This document shows, in pieces, positions 1-9,056 of a stretch of DNA of 64,000 bases (positions are counted from its first letter, which is position 1; every line of letters begins with the position of its first letter). The notes beneath the pieces are model-generated. The model worked only from the letters and a program-made list of their open reading frames with translations. It was not told the DNA's origin and ran no database searches. Position numbers and translations under genes: made by a program. The DNA lies in NCBI GenBank assembly GCA_965249725.1, contig OZ252251.1:352001-416000 (forward strand). Direction: 5' to 3'. The stretch is from Longimicrobiales bacterium. GTDB lineage: Bacteria > Gemmatimonadota > Gemmatimonadetes > Longimicrobiales > Gaopeijiaceae.

Positions 1-116
1 TAAAGGGGGTGCCCATCGACGCCGAGCATCTGGTAGACGCCCGGTCGGTTTTCGGCGTGGGTGCGTACGTGTTCGCGGAGGGCGGAGGTCGGCACGCTTA
101 TGGGTGTCGGAGTCAC
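1..116 (-). CDS. GIY-YIG nuclease / UvrC-like protein, N-terminus only (runs off the window edge)
   Basis: Manual translation of the minus strand from GTG at 116 gives VTPTPISVPTSALREHVRTHAENRPGVYQMLGVDGHPL(Y). This matches the PGVYxM...LY start of UvrC/Cho GIY-YIG domains. Not in the ORF track. Confidence 0.7.
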   Translation of the reverse strand, partial: MTPTPISVPTSALREHVRTHAENRPGVYQMLGVDGHPL

Positions 117-205
117 AGGACTTTCGCTTTTCGTTCGGTAAGTATAAAGGGCGCTGTCCCAAAGAGCCATTGCTCCGCGAGGCGCAGAACCGCTAACGTC
201 CGCCC

Positions 206-1495
206 ATGTCTTCAGAGAGCCGCGATCGGATCGTTCGGGACCCACTATGGAACACGATCCGCCTCGATGAGACCGCCGTCCGCATCGTAGACACGCAGGC
301 ATTCCAGCGCCTCCGCTACATACGCCAGCTCGGGTTCGCCCACCTCGTCTATCCCGGAGCGACCCACACCCGATTCGACCACGCCCTCGGGGTCTATCAT
401 CTTACCGTAACGGCGATCCGAAGCTTGAAGGAGACGCGTCGCATGCCCGAGGATATCGGGGATGAGGCTCTGCTGGTGCCCTACGCGGCGCTCCTACACG
501 ACATCGGTCACTACGCGTTCTCGCACGCCCTCGAGGAGTTGGAAACTGACCTCCTGCCGGGGGATCACGAAGCGATCAGCGCGCGCTTCTTCGACTCACC
601 CGAGCTGAATGAGGCGTTGGCGACCATCGGACCCGATGTCGGGCCCAAGATCCACGCTCTGATCCGTGGAGAGAGCGAGAACCCGCTCGGTGGGCTGGTG
701 GCGGGCAGCTTGGATCTGGACAAGATGGAGTACCTCCGACGTGACGCCCGTTTCTGCGGGGTTCCGTACGGCGAGGTCGATGTGGACCGGCTTCTACAGG
801 GGATCGCGATCCTTACCGACCCTGCGACGGGGAGGACGGAGGTCGGCGTGCAGGAAAAAGCGGTGGCGGCTCTCGAGTCGCTGCTCTTCGCCAAGTACCA
901 GATGTTCAGGAACGTTTACTGGCATCACGCTGTACGCGCCGCCACGTGTCTGTACAAACGCATTGTCGACGAGGCTGTGCAGGACGAAATCCTGGACCCG
1001 GAGGAACTCGTCGGGCCTACCGACGAGGAGTTGATTTACGAGACGACGCGACGGGCTCGGGCGTCCGACAGCCCCATCGCGGAGCGGCTCGCGACCCGGT
1101 GGCTCCCCGCGCTCCGAGCCCGAAAGCTACCGAAGCGTGCGTTGGAGGTGACCGCGGCCGAATTGGGCGATCGTGTGGTGGAGGACTGGGCGGTCTCCGA
1201 GACGGCCATGAAGCGGTCCGTCGAGGATCAGTTGGCTGAAGAGGTCGGGCTGGAGCCCGGCGAGGTCGTCATCGACTTCCCGGCCAAGCGAGCCATGTTT
1301 CAGTTGGATCTGCTGATCGAGAGACGGGGCGGACAGGTCCAACGTCTGGGTCTGGGGGGATTGCCGGGACTCATCGATCTACCGCGCCTGGCGCAGGAGC
1401 TCTACACGACGACCCGGGTCCTCAGGGTCTTCACATTCGAGCGGCGTTCGTTGGACCGTGATTCGGTTCTGGAGCGGATCACGCGCCAGGCCTAG
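206..1495 (+). CDS. HD-domain phosphohydrolase (SAMHD1/dNTP triphosphohydrolase-like)
   Basis: FQRLRYIRQLG, YPGATHTRFDHALG, LLHDIGH and DLDKMEYLRRD motifs. Confidence 0.9.
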   Translation: MSSESRDRIVRDPLWNTIRLDETAVRIVDTQAFQRLRYIRQLGFAHLVYPGATHTRFDHALGVYHLTVTAIRSLKETRRMPEDIGDEALLVPYAALLHDIGHYAFSHALEELETDLLPGDHEAISARFFDSPELNEALATIGPDVGPKIHALIRGESENPLGGLVAGSLDLDKMEYLRRDARFCGVPYGEVDVDRLLQGIAILTDPATGRTEVGVQEKAVAALESLLFAKYQMFRNVYWHHAVRAATCLYKRIVDEAVQDEILDPEELVGPTDEELIYETTRRARASDSPIAERLATRWLPALRARKLPKRALEVTAAELGDRVVEDWAVSETAMKRSVEDQLAEEVGLEPGEVVIDFPAKRAMFQLDLLIERRGGQVQRLGLGGLPGLIDLPRLAQELYTTTRVLRVFTFERRSLDRDSVLERITRQA

Positions 1496-2235
1496 GCGGC
1501 CCCAAGCGCCAGCCACCCGATGGTCACGTTGTCCGGCGCCCCCCTGCTGTGCGCCTCGGCTACGAGTCGCGACGTCATCTCCTCGAGACCGTCCCAAGTG
1601 AGGCCGTGAAGTGCCTCTTCGAGTTCAGCGTCCGTCATTAGGCCGGCCAGTCCGTCGGTACAGAGCAAGAAGATGTCGCCGGCCTGGACGGATCCGTCGA
1701 AGATATCGGACTCGACCTCCACTCCAGTCCCGACGGCCCGGCTGATCAGGTGGCGGAGCGGGTGCTCTCCGGCGGCCGATACGGTCAACGCCCCTGATTC
1801 CACCAGCGCCTGCACGACCGTGTGGTCGCGAGTGATGCGGAGGAGTGTTCCGTCCCGATAGAGGTAGGCCCGGCTGTCACCGACGTGGCCGATGACCCAC
1901 TGGTCCGAGTCGTCCTGTAGGGAGAGCGCAGTCACCGTGGTGCCCATGCCGGCGCGCTCCGGCTCCACGAGAGCGGCCTGCCAAACGTTGTGGTTGGCCA
2001 AGGCGACCGCCTCCGTCATTCTCTCGCCCCAGCCCCGGGTCGACTCTTCAGAGGTGAGGTGCTCCCGGATGCTCCGGGCGGCCTCTGCGGAGGCGAAGTC
2101 ACCCGCCGGGCGGCCCCCGATTCCATCGGCTACGATCACGATGCCGGCGGCCTCGTCGAGGAGCAGCGTGTCTTCGTTACGGCGTCGCTTGAGCCCCGGG
2201 TCCGACGTGCCTGCCACCCGCCACGTGAGTGCCAA
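1492..2235 (-). CDS. PP2C-family Ser/Thr protein phosphatase (Stp1/PrpC-like)
   Basis: RRRNED, VADGIGG, GMGTT, HVGDSRAY, LLCTDGL and DNVT motifs. Confidence 0.93.
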   Translation of the reverse strand: MALTWRVAGTSDPGLKRRRNEDTLLLDEAAGIVIVADGIGGRPAGDFASAEAARSIREHLTSEESTRGWGERMTEAVALANHNVWQAALVEPERAGMGTTVTALSLQDDSDQWVIGHVGDSRAYLYRDGTLLRITRDHTVVQALVESGALTVSAAGEHPLRHLISRAVGTGVEVESDIFDGSVQAGDIFLLCTDGLAGLMTDAELEEALHGLTWDGLEEMTSRLVAEAHSRGAPDNVTIGWLALGAA

Positions 2236-2515
2236 GTATGCTCCAAGGTGAGAGAAGATCGAGCAAAAAGCTTAACCACAGCGTGATGATGCGCAAAGCG
2301 AAGAGAGACGGTCCGGCGTGTTGCGGAATCACCCGAATTGCGGGGAACCGAAGGGGGCCGCAGGGTTAGCACAGGGTGGTCACCGACCTGCCTGATCCAC
2401 CGCCCTTTGAGGGCTGGCGCCGAAGCTATGGAGATCACGTCGCGGGTGGCCTTGTGCGTTCCCACGAGTGGGAACCCCTCTCGTGGTCCGGTGTCCAATA
2501 CGCTCTCGAAACATC

Positions 2516-2544
2516 TGGACAAGAAATCGGTATGTCGATATCTT
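2516..2544 (+). promoter_or_regulatory. Putative sigma70-type promoter of the sigma factor gene
   Basis: TGGACA (2516-2521), a 17-nt spacer, then TATCTT (2539-2544), about 90 nt upstream of ATG 2636. The SD-like AGGAG lies at 2619-2623. Confidence 0.45.
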
Positions 2545-2635
2545 GAACGGCTGCATATCCTACGCATGCAGCGGTCGGTCGAGGATCGGCTGATTAGCAA
2601 TGACAAACTCGAGTACTTAGGAGCATAGATTTTCG

Positions 2636-3529
2636 ATGGCTACGGCAACTACGCGGAAGCGGAAGGGACGCAATCCCCTGGCCGGCTTCGACGCTAGCAT
2701 CGAAGAAAAGACCGCCCTGGATCAATATCTGAGGGACGTAAGTCGCCATGAGCTCATCACTCCCGACAAGGAGAAGGAGCTTGGTGCCCTCGCTCAGAAA
2801 GGTGACCAGGATGCGATCCAAGAGCTCGCACGAGCGAATCTTCGATTCGTCATCAGTGTGGCCAAGAAGTATCAGAACCGGGGCGTAGCCCTCACGGACC
2901 TGATCCAAGAGGGCAACGTCGGCTTGGTGACGGCCGCCCGGAAGTTCGATCCGGAGCAGGGCGTGAAGTTCATCAGCTACGCGGTTTGGTGGATTCGGCA
3001 GGCGATTCTCGCGTCTCTGGCCAATCACGGTCGGGCCGTGCGGGTACCCCTGAACCGAGCCTCCGACCTGGCGCGCATCTTCCGTGAGAAGGAGCGGCTC
3101 AAGCAGGAGTTGAATCGCGAGCCCACGTCGGACGAGTTGAGCGCGGCCACGGACCTCACGCCGGAGTTGATCGAGTCTCTCCAGACGCTCAACGCCGCAG
3201 AGATTCGGCTCGATGCCCCCATCGGCGACAGTGAGGATTCTCAGCTCGTCGAGCGGTTCATCACCGAAGAGGCCGCCGAGCCCGAGCAAGAGGTCGAGAG
3301 CCGGCTCCTGACCGAGACGGTCGGTGCCGCGCTGGACACCCTCGAGGCGCGTGACGCACGCGTGCTTCGCCTGTACTTCGGTCTCGAGGGCGAGCGCGAG
3401 CACACACTCGAGGAGATCGGCAACATGCTGGGCGTGACGCGTGAGCGTATCCGCCAGCTCCGTGACCGGGCCCTCCGGAGGCTGCGCGAGGGTGGTAAGG
3501 GAGATGCGCTGGAGTCGTTCGCGGCGTGA
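2636..3529 (+). CDS. RNA polymerase sigma70-family factor (RpoD/RpoS type, no region 1.1)
   Basis: Region 1.2 LDQYLRDV; region 2 NLRFVISVAKKY, DLIQEGNVGL, KFISYAVWWIRQAI; region 4 TLEEIG...VTRERIRQL. Confidence 0.93.
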   Translation: MATATTRKRKGRNPLAGFDASIEEKTALDQYLRDVSRHELITPDKEKELGALAQKGDQDAIQELARANLRFVISVAKKYQNRGVALTDLIQEGNVGLVTAARKFDPEQGVKFISYAVWWIRQAILASLANHGRAVRVPLNRASDLARIFREKERLKQELNREPTSDELSAATDLTPELIESLQTLNAAEIRLDAPIGDSEDSQLVERFITEEAAEPEQEVESRLLTETVGAALDTLEARDARVLRLYFGLEGEREHTLEEIGNMLGVTRERIRQLRDRALRRLREGGKGDALESFAA

Positions 3530-3545
3530 TCCACCAGCAGGAAAG

Positions 3546-3596
3546 CCCCGCCCGCCCCGAGACGAGATGTTCTCGGTGGGGGGCGGGTTTTTTTTT
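3546..3596 (+). terminator. Rho-independent terminator after the sigma gene
   Basis: GC-rich inverted repeat (CCCGCCC...CCGAGA / TCTCGG...GGGCGGG) followed by a T9 run at 3588-3596. Confidence 0.75.
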
Positions 3597-3622
3597 CGTA
3601 TGCCGCCTATCCGGTTGACCGA

Positions 3623-4522
3623 GTGACGGGCATGGTCCACCAGGTCGGCGGTGGGGTGTACACCGTTGCCCTCGAGGGCGGAGGCATGGTCGAGGCGTCC
3701 CTACGGGGTCGTCTCAAGCTCGAGCAGCGTACGGGCGATCAGGTGGTCATCGGCGATCGAGTCCGCATCGCGGAGGCGGGTGACGACACACACGTGATCG
3801 AGGAGATTCTGCCCCGCGAGACGGCCATCACGCGTAGCCGCTTCGGAGGCCGGTCCACGAAGGTCCTCGTTGCCAACGCCGAGCGACTCCTCGCGGTCTT
3901 CGCTTCCAGCAGGCCGAAGCCACGCCGTGATCTGATCGACCGCCTCTTGGTGGTGGCCGAGTATGGTGGCGTCACCCCAGTCGTCGTCCTCAACAAGATG
4001 GACCTGGAGGGCGCGGCAGACTTCGCGGAGGAGCTTGAGAGCGTGTATGAGCCTCTCGGGTACCTGGTCCTGAAGGTGAGCGCCGAGACCGGTGAGGGCC
4101 TGAGCGGGCTCGCCGAGCAAGTGTGCCACGGCATCGCGGCCTTGGCCGGGCCCTCCGGGGTGGGCAAGTCGAGCCTGGTGAATGCTCTCGAGCCCGAGCA
4201 CGCCCTCAGGATCGGTGAGCTCAGCCGCAAGAGCGGTACGGGCCGCCACACCACGGTGTCCTCGCGGCTGATTCAGCTCCGCTGTGGGGGGCTCGTGGCG
4301 GATACGCCGGGCTTCAGCGACATCGGGGTTTGGGGGGTGAAGCAGGGAGATCTCGACGAGTGCTTCCCGGAACTGCGGGCCCTCGCGCCCGGCTGCCGGT
4401 TCCGAGGGTGCAGCCACCTGCACGAGCCGGACTGCGCGGTGCGTGAGGCGCTAGACGCGGGCGAGATCGACGTGGATCGCTTCGAGAGCTACAAGATTCT
4501 GTTCGAAGAGGCCGAGTCTTAG
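3623..4522 (+). CDS. rsgA: Ribosome small subunit-dependent GTPase A
   Basis: OB-fold VIGDRV; circularly permuted G motifs NKMD, GPSGVGKSS, GRHTT, DTPG; Zn finger CRFRGCSHLHEPDC. Confidence 0.95.
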   Translation: MTGMVHQVGGGVYTVALEGGGMVEASLRGRLKLEQRTGDQVVIGDRVRIAEAGDDTHVIEEILPRETAITRSRFGGRSTKVLVANAERLLAVFASSRPKPRRDLIDRLLVVAEYGGVTPVVVLNKMDLEGAADFAEELESVYEPLGYLVLKVSAETGEGLSGLAEQVCHGIAALAGPSGVGKSSLVNALEPEHALRIGELSRKSGTGRHTTVSSRLIQLRCGGLVADTPGFSDIGVWGVKQGDLDECFPELRALAPGCRFRGCSHLHEPDCAVREALDAGEIDVDRFESYKILFEEAES

Positions 4523-4546
4523 GGTCCAGCTTCAGGAACAGCCTCT

Positions 4547-5353
4547 CTAGGGCCGGTAGCTTCCCGAGAGGGGCGTTACCCGCAGGACACCGGTACCCGG
4601 GTCGTCATCGACGGACACGGGCCATTGGTAGACCTGCTGCAGCGTCTTCTCCTGCAGGACCTCGCGAGGTCGTCCCTCGGCCGCGACGCGGCCCCGATCC
4701 AGAAGCAGCATCCGGTCTGCGAAACGGGCCGCCAGATCGAGATGGTGTGTGATAAGGAAGATCGTCATGCCCCCGTCCGCCGAGGCGCGGAGCAGCTCGA
4801 GGATCTCCATCTCGTGACGGATGTCCAGGCTGGCCGTGGGTTCGTCGAGCACCAGGACTTCGGGCTCCTGGGCGAGGGCTCGGGCGACTCGTGCCCGCTG
4901 GAGTTCTCCACCGGACAGGGTCGAGACGAACCGGTGTCCGAGTTCCCAGACGTCGCAGCGTTCCATGGCCCGCTGGACGGCCTCCCGATCGGTTGGGGTC
5001 TCCGCCTGTAGCGGCCCCAGGTACGGATAACGGCCCATGCCGACCAGGTCCCGCACGGTCAGTGGGAAAGCGACCGACTCAGCCTGGGCCACGACCCCGA
5101 CCTCTCTGGCCAACGCCCGCCGGTTCCACTCCGAAACCGTCCGTCCCGAAACACGGGTCTCTCCTGTGGCCGTCGGGACCATGCCCAGCAACGCCCTGAG
5201 GAGGGTCGACTTTCCGGAGCCGTTCGGCCCGAGGACTGCGTAGAAGGCGCCCGGCGGGACCACCATGGATACGCCGTCCAGCGCCGCGTCTTCCGCTCCC
5301 GGATAACGCACGGTGAGATCGACGGCCTCCAGGGCGTTGGATCGGTCCGACAT
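4547..5353 (-). CDS. Iron-siderophore/heme/cobalamin ABC transporter ATPase (FepC/BtuD-like)
   Basis: GPNGSGKS, LSGGELQR, LVLDEPT, H-loop ITHH. Confidence 0.92.
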   Translation of the reverse strand: MSDRSNALEAVDLTVRYPGAEDAALDGVSMVVPPGAFYAVLGPNGSGKSTLLRALLGMVPTATGETRVSGRTVSEWNRRALAREVGVVAQAESVAFPLTVRDLVGMGRYPYLGPLQAETPTDREAVQRAMERCDVWELGHRFVSTLSGGELQRARVARALAQEPEVLVLDEPTASLDIRHEMEILELLRASADGGMTIFLITHHLDLAARFADRMLLLDRGRVAAEGRPREVLQEKTLQQVYQWPVSVDDDPGTGVLRVTPLSGSYRP

Positions 5354-6351
5354 CAGCCCTCCCCGCTCCCCAGGCTGCGCCGCAGGAGGACCAGGAACAG
5401 AGGCACTCCCACGAAGGCCGTGACGACGCCGATCGGTATCTCGGTCGGCGAGAGAACGGTCCGGGCTGCGACGTCCGCGAGCGTCAGGAAGACCGCTCCG
5501 GCCAGGAATGACAGCGGAAGGAGTGTTCGATAGTCCGATCCGGCAACCAGCCTTACTCCGTGGGGGACGATGAGTCCGACGAAGCCGATTACGCCTGTTG
5601 CGGCTACGCCGGCCGCTGTGAGGAGCGAGGCCACCACGTAGGCCATCTTCTTCACGCGCTCCACGTTGGTGCCGAGGTAGCCGGCTGTCTCCTCTCCGAT
5701 CGCCATCAAGTTGAGTGGGCGCGCCAGGCCGGCCAGCAGTATGGCCGCCGGTAGCGTGTACAGGGCCACCGTCGCCACGGTTGCCCAGTCGGCCCCGGCC
5801 AGGCTGCCCATCATCCAGAGAACGGCGCTTCGTACTGTGCGGGCCTCCGAGACCGACAAGACGAAGGCGATACAGGCCGCGAAGAACGCTCCTACCACGA
5901 CCCCGGCGAGGAGGAGGACTCGCACGTCGACCCGGTCGTCCGCCGCCAACGCCACTCTCAGGACGAGCACCACGGCCAATATGGCACCCGCGAAGGATGC
6001 CGCCGGGAGCGCCCAGGAGTGGCTGGCCACCAGGCCCAGAGCCAGCGCCAGAACCGCCCCGGTCGCTGCCCCCCCCGAGATGCCCAGGATGTAGGGCTCA
6101 GCGAGCGGGTTACGGAGCAAGGCCTGAAAGACGGCTCCGGCCAGGGCCAGGCCTCCGCCGACCAAGATGGCGAGCGCGGCCCGGGGGGCCCTCAGCTCGA
6201 CGACGATCTGTCGCAGGGCCGGATCTCCGCCACCCGTCAGGGCCGCTACCACCTCCGACGGCGAGAGTTCGACCGAACCGAGCCATATGCTCAACACGAA
6301 GGCGGCGATCAGGACGACGAGAAGTGCTGCAGCCCAGGCGAACCGCCTCAC
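5353..6351 (-). CDS. FecCD/BtuC-family ABC permease
   Basis: RNPLAEPYILGISGGA, GVIGFVGLIVPH and EIPIGVVTAFVG motifs. Start reassigned to GTG 6351, which overlaps the upstream stop (GTGA). Confidence 0.92.
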   Translation of the reverse strand: MRRFAWAAALLVVLIAAFVLSIWLGSVELSPSEVVAALTGGGDPALRQIVVELRAPRAALAILVGGGLALAGAVFQALLRNPLAEPYILGISGGAATGAVLALALGLVASHSWALPAASFAGAILAVVLVLRVALAADDRVDVRVLLLAGVVVGAFFAACIAFVLSVSEARTVRSAVLWMMGSLAGADWATVATVALYTLPAAILLAGLARPLNLMAIGEETAGYLGTNVERVKKMAYVVASLLTAAGVAATGVIGFVGLIVPHGVRLVAGSDYRTLLPLSFLAGAVFLTLADVAARTVLSPTEIPIGVVTAFVGVPLFLVLLRRSLGSGEG

Positions 6352-7256
6352 CGGAAGGCCTCCGGATGAATCAGGCGAGCAATCGCTGTGGCCGCCTCTC
6401 CCAATCGAGGCCCGGGCACCTCCACCCAGCTGGGCACCGGTGCGTGATCGACGTCGGAGAGCTGGCGCGGAACCTCGCCTGAAGACACCAGGATCAGATC
6501 CACCTCTCGTGTAATCAACTCTTCGAGACTGATCGGGCCGTAGAGACCATCCAGGTCGCCGAAGACGTTGTCCGCCCCGCCGGCGGCCATGAGTTCGTGT
6601 ATATAGGTCCCAGGACCGGCCACCCACGGTGGCTCACCGCCCATCAGATAGATGACGTTTCTGCGGGGTAGGCCGGCAACTCGGTCCGCCACGTCGTCGA
6701 GAGCCCGCCGCATGCCCGCCAGAATCGAGTCCACGGTGTCGCCGGTGCCAGTGATCGCCCCAAGACGCTCGACGATCGCTCGGACGTCCGCGATGCCGTC
6801 CGGCTGGATGGCGAAGTGCGGAATGCCCAGATCACTCAAACGATCGGCGGTAGCCCGATCCGACTCCCCCCCGAATCGGACGACCAGATCTGGGCGGAGC
6901 GAGACCAATACCTCCAGGTTGGGCTGGAGTCCTCCTCCGACAGACGGTAGCTCCGCGAGCGCCGCCAAATCGTCGTAGTCGGTGCGCCCGACGAGGTGAT
7001 TCCGGACCCCAAGCGCGAGGAGCGTCTCCGTGGCCGAGGGCACGAGCGAAATGATCCGGGTGGGGGCGCTGGCGAAGCGGTGGCGCATACCCGAGTCGTC
7101 TGTGACCTCCAAGGGAAAGCCGGCTGCCGGAGCCACCTGGGTCCCGGATCCGACTCGGCTCCCGGGCTCCCCATCGCCTCCGCAGGCCAACTGAGAGGCC
7201 AGAAGCGCCCACACGCCCGCTCGGAGGAACCGCTGCCAGGCCCTGACGGGAGCCAC
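6348..7256 (-). CDS. Helical-backbone substrate-binding lipoprotein (BtuF/FepB-like)
   Basis: Lipobox LAC, then RIISLVPSATETLLALG, PNLEVLVSLRPDLV, GPRLGEA. Confidence 0.88.
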   Translation of the reverse strand: MAPVRAWQRFLRAGVWALLASQLACGGDGEPGSRVGSGTQVAPAAGFPLEVTDDSGMRHRFASAPTRIISLVPSATETLLALGVRNHLVGRTDYDDLAALAELPSVGGGLQPNLEVLVSLRPDLVVRFGGESDRATADRLSDLGIPHFAIQPDGIADVRAIVERLGAITGTGDTVDSILAGMRRALDDVADRVAGLPRRNVIYLMGGEPPWVAGPGTYIHELMAAGGADNVFGDLDGLYGPISLEELITREVDLILVSSGEVPRQLSDVDHAPVPSWVEVPGPRLGEAATAIARLIHPEAFR

Positions 7257-7289
7257 TAGCTGACGGCCACTAGAATGCGGACGGAGGCC

Positions 7290-8300
7290 TCAGGGCGCGC
7301 CGGCGCCCTCGGGCGCCGGTAGGCCACAAGAGTCCCGATACACTTCTGTCCAGCCGCCACTTTCTCTCTGAAGGGCCGAGATCCAAACGGATGTCTCACC
7401 GACCACCTCGAGAATGAGTTCGGGGGTGCTGTCACCATCGACGTCGATTCTGCCGAAGTAGCGGGCCGCCCCTTTTCCGTGTTGGCTCCAGATCCTGTGG
7501 TCGACGTAGGTGGTCTGGTAGCCACGACCGTCGGGATCGGAGGCGACGAGGAACACCGAGTAGGCGTTGCTTGGGGCCGGTCCGACCTGAAGAGAGTCCT
7601 CGTACACGAAGGTTGCGACGACCGTGGGAGCTACCGAGGACTCGCCGTTGAAGACCTGGACATCGCGCCGGACACCGAGGACGGATGCGGGCCAAGGAGA
7701 TCCCAGGGTGGGCAGAAGCTCCCTCATCATGTTGAGGGACGTGACTCTGAGGTCTCGAGTCTGCTCCACCGGATCGTAGTCGTCGTATCCCACCGAGGTC
7801 GTGATGTCGCTTGGAACCGCGAGAAACGTGGTGGCCGCGGCAGCGCCGGGCACCAGTTCAATCGGACCGTTGACCTGGGCCCTGCCCCCGCAATACGCGT
7901 TGCTCGCGCTGTAGCCGGTCGCGGTCAGCGTGCCCACACGCACCCCTTCGGAGAAGAGAGTGAACGTCGATCCTGCCGCAAAGTACCGCTCGCCAAAGGC
8001 CTGAGCCTCCTGTCCTGATCCCGCACCCGGAAGCTGATGCAGCCCATCAGGATGCAGCTCCGCGACAGGCACCAACCAAGCCTCGGACCCTATGCGGCGT
8101 CCGAGAAGGAGGACGGGCTCCGGGGGGGTAGAATCCACGACGGCCTGGGTCGTGTCGACCGGCGGAGCGGGAGTCTCCATGATCGTTGGTGCCGAGGGGG
8201 CTCTCAGGCCCACGTCGACCCCTCCCCACTCCACGTTGTCGCATCCCAGGGCGACCATTACAATCCCGAGCAACGGGATCCTCTGAAGGCCTTTGACCAT
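7290..8300 (-). CDS. Hypothetical lipoprotein
   Basis: Signal peptide with a VALG-C lipobox, Pro/Thr-rich linker, DVDGD motif near the C-terminus. Confidence 0.7.
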   Translation of the reverse strand: MVKGLQRIPLLGIVMVALGCDNVEWGGVDVGLRAPSAPTIMETPAPPVDTTQAVVDSTPPEPVLLLGRRIGSEAWLVPVAELHPDGLHQLPGAGSGQEAQAFGERYFAAGSTFTLFSEGVRVGTLTATGYSASNAYCGGRAQVNGPIELVPGAAAATTFLAVPSDITTSVGYDDYDPVEQTRDLRVTSLNMMRELLPTLGSPWPASVLGVRRDVQVFNGESSVAPTVVATFVYEDSLQVGPAPSNAYSVFLVASDPDGRGYQTTYVDHRIWSQHGKGAARYFGRIDVDGDSTPELILEVVGETSVWISALQRESGGWTEVYRDSCGLPAPEGAGAP

Positions 8301-8378
8301 GCGGAAAAGCTATCCCGGCCCTTGGGGGAAATCAAAGGTGCCTCTCTACCACTGGACTGCCCCGAGCGAGGTCGATTT

Positions 8379-9056
8379 GTGGAAGACGGCGACTCGTTGA
8401 GGACCCGCCTGGTCTGGGTGCCCTCTTTTGTGGTGGGTGCGGCCGCGGCCACCTCCGCGGCGGTCGCGGTGGCTCTCCTACTGTATTCCGGCGAGGGTAT
8501 GCTGCGATCATTGACGCTGATCGTCGCGGTGGAGCTCCTGGCATTTGGTGTGGGCCTTGCCGGACCCTCGAGCGGCAGGGATTGGGCCAGAACGGTCGAG
8601 GCTCTCCGAATCCGTTGGCTGAACGTCCTCATCGCCTTCCTGGCAGCCTCGGTCTTTGCGGTGGCGTGGACCTTCGGCGGTGGATTCGGGGCTGAGCAGG
8701 GTACACAGGCCCTTGGGCTGGCTCTGCTGGGAGCGCTGCCGTTGTATGCCTGTGGTCGGCTCCTCACGGCGATTTCTTCGGTTTCGGCGGGGGTTGTGCG
8801 CAGCAGCCCCGGTGCGTTCGCGTCCCTGGGAGCTGCTCTCGGCGTGCTCATAAGCGGGTCGACCGGACTGTCGCGCCTCGGGGCCCCGTCTCTGTTGTTG
8901 TTCTTCCTGGTCGCGCTCTCTGGCACGGCGTTGATGCAGGGATCGGTTCTAGGGGACCTGCGGGAGGTGTTGGACGGAGGCGACGCCGCGCCGACGGGAG
9001 TCGAACATGGGGCCGGACCTGAGGCTGAGCTCGAGCCCGAGCAGCACTTCTCGTGA
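8379..9056 (+). CDS. Multi-pass membrane protein, loosely resembling the membrane domain of fused spermidine-synthase-like proteins
   Basis: About 6 hydrophobic Gly/Ala-rich segments. GTG start 8379 chosen after GAGG. The stop overlaps the next start (GTGA). Confidence 0.6.
   Translation: MEDGDSLRTRLVWVPSFVVGAAAATSAAVAVALLLYSGEGMLRSLTLIVAVELLAFGVGLAGPSSGRDWARTVEALRIRWLNVLIAFLAASVFAVAWTFGGGFGAEQGTQALGLALLGALPLYACGRLLTAISSVSAGVVRSSPGAFASLGAALGVLISGSTGLSRLGAPSLLLFFLVALSGTALMQGSVLGDLREVLDGGDAAPTGVEHGAGPEAELEPEQHFS

Noticed and set aside
5353..6627. 424-aa version of the permease
   Set aside because: The first ~92 aa overlap the binding-protein gene and are low-complexity; GTG 6351 gives a normal FecCD protein
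7257..7289. Cobalamin riboswitch ahead of the BtuF-like operon
   Set aside because: Only 33 nt are intergenic and no B12-box is recognisable, so the substrate remains unassigned
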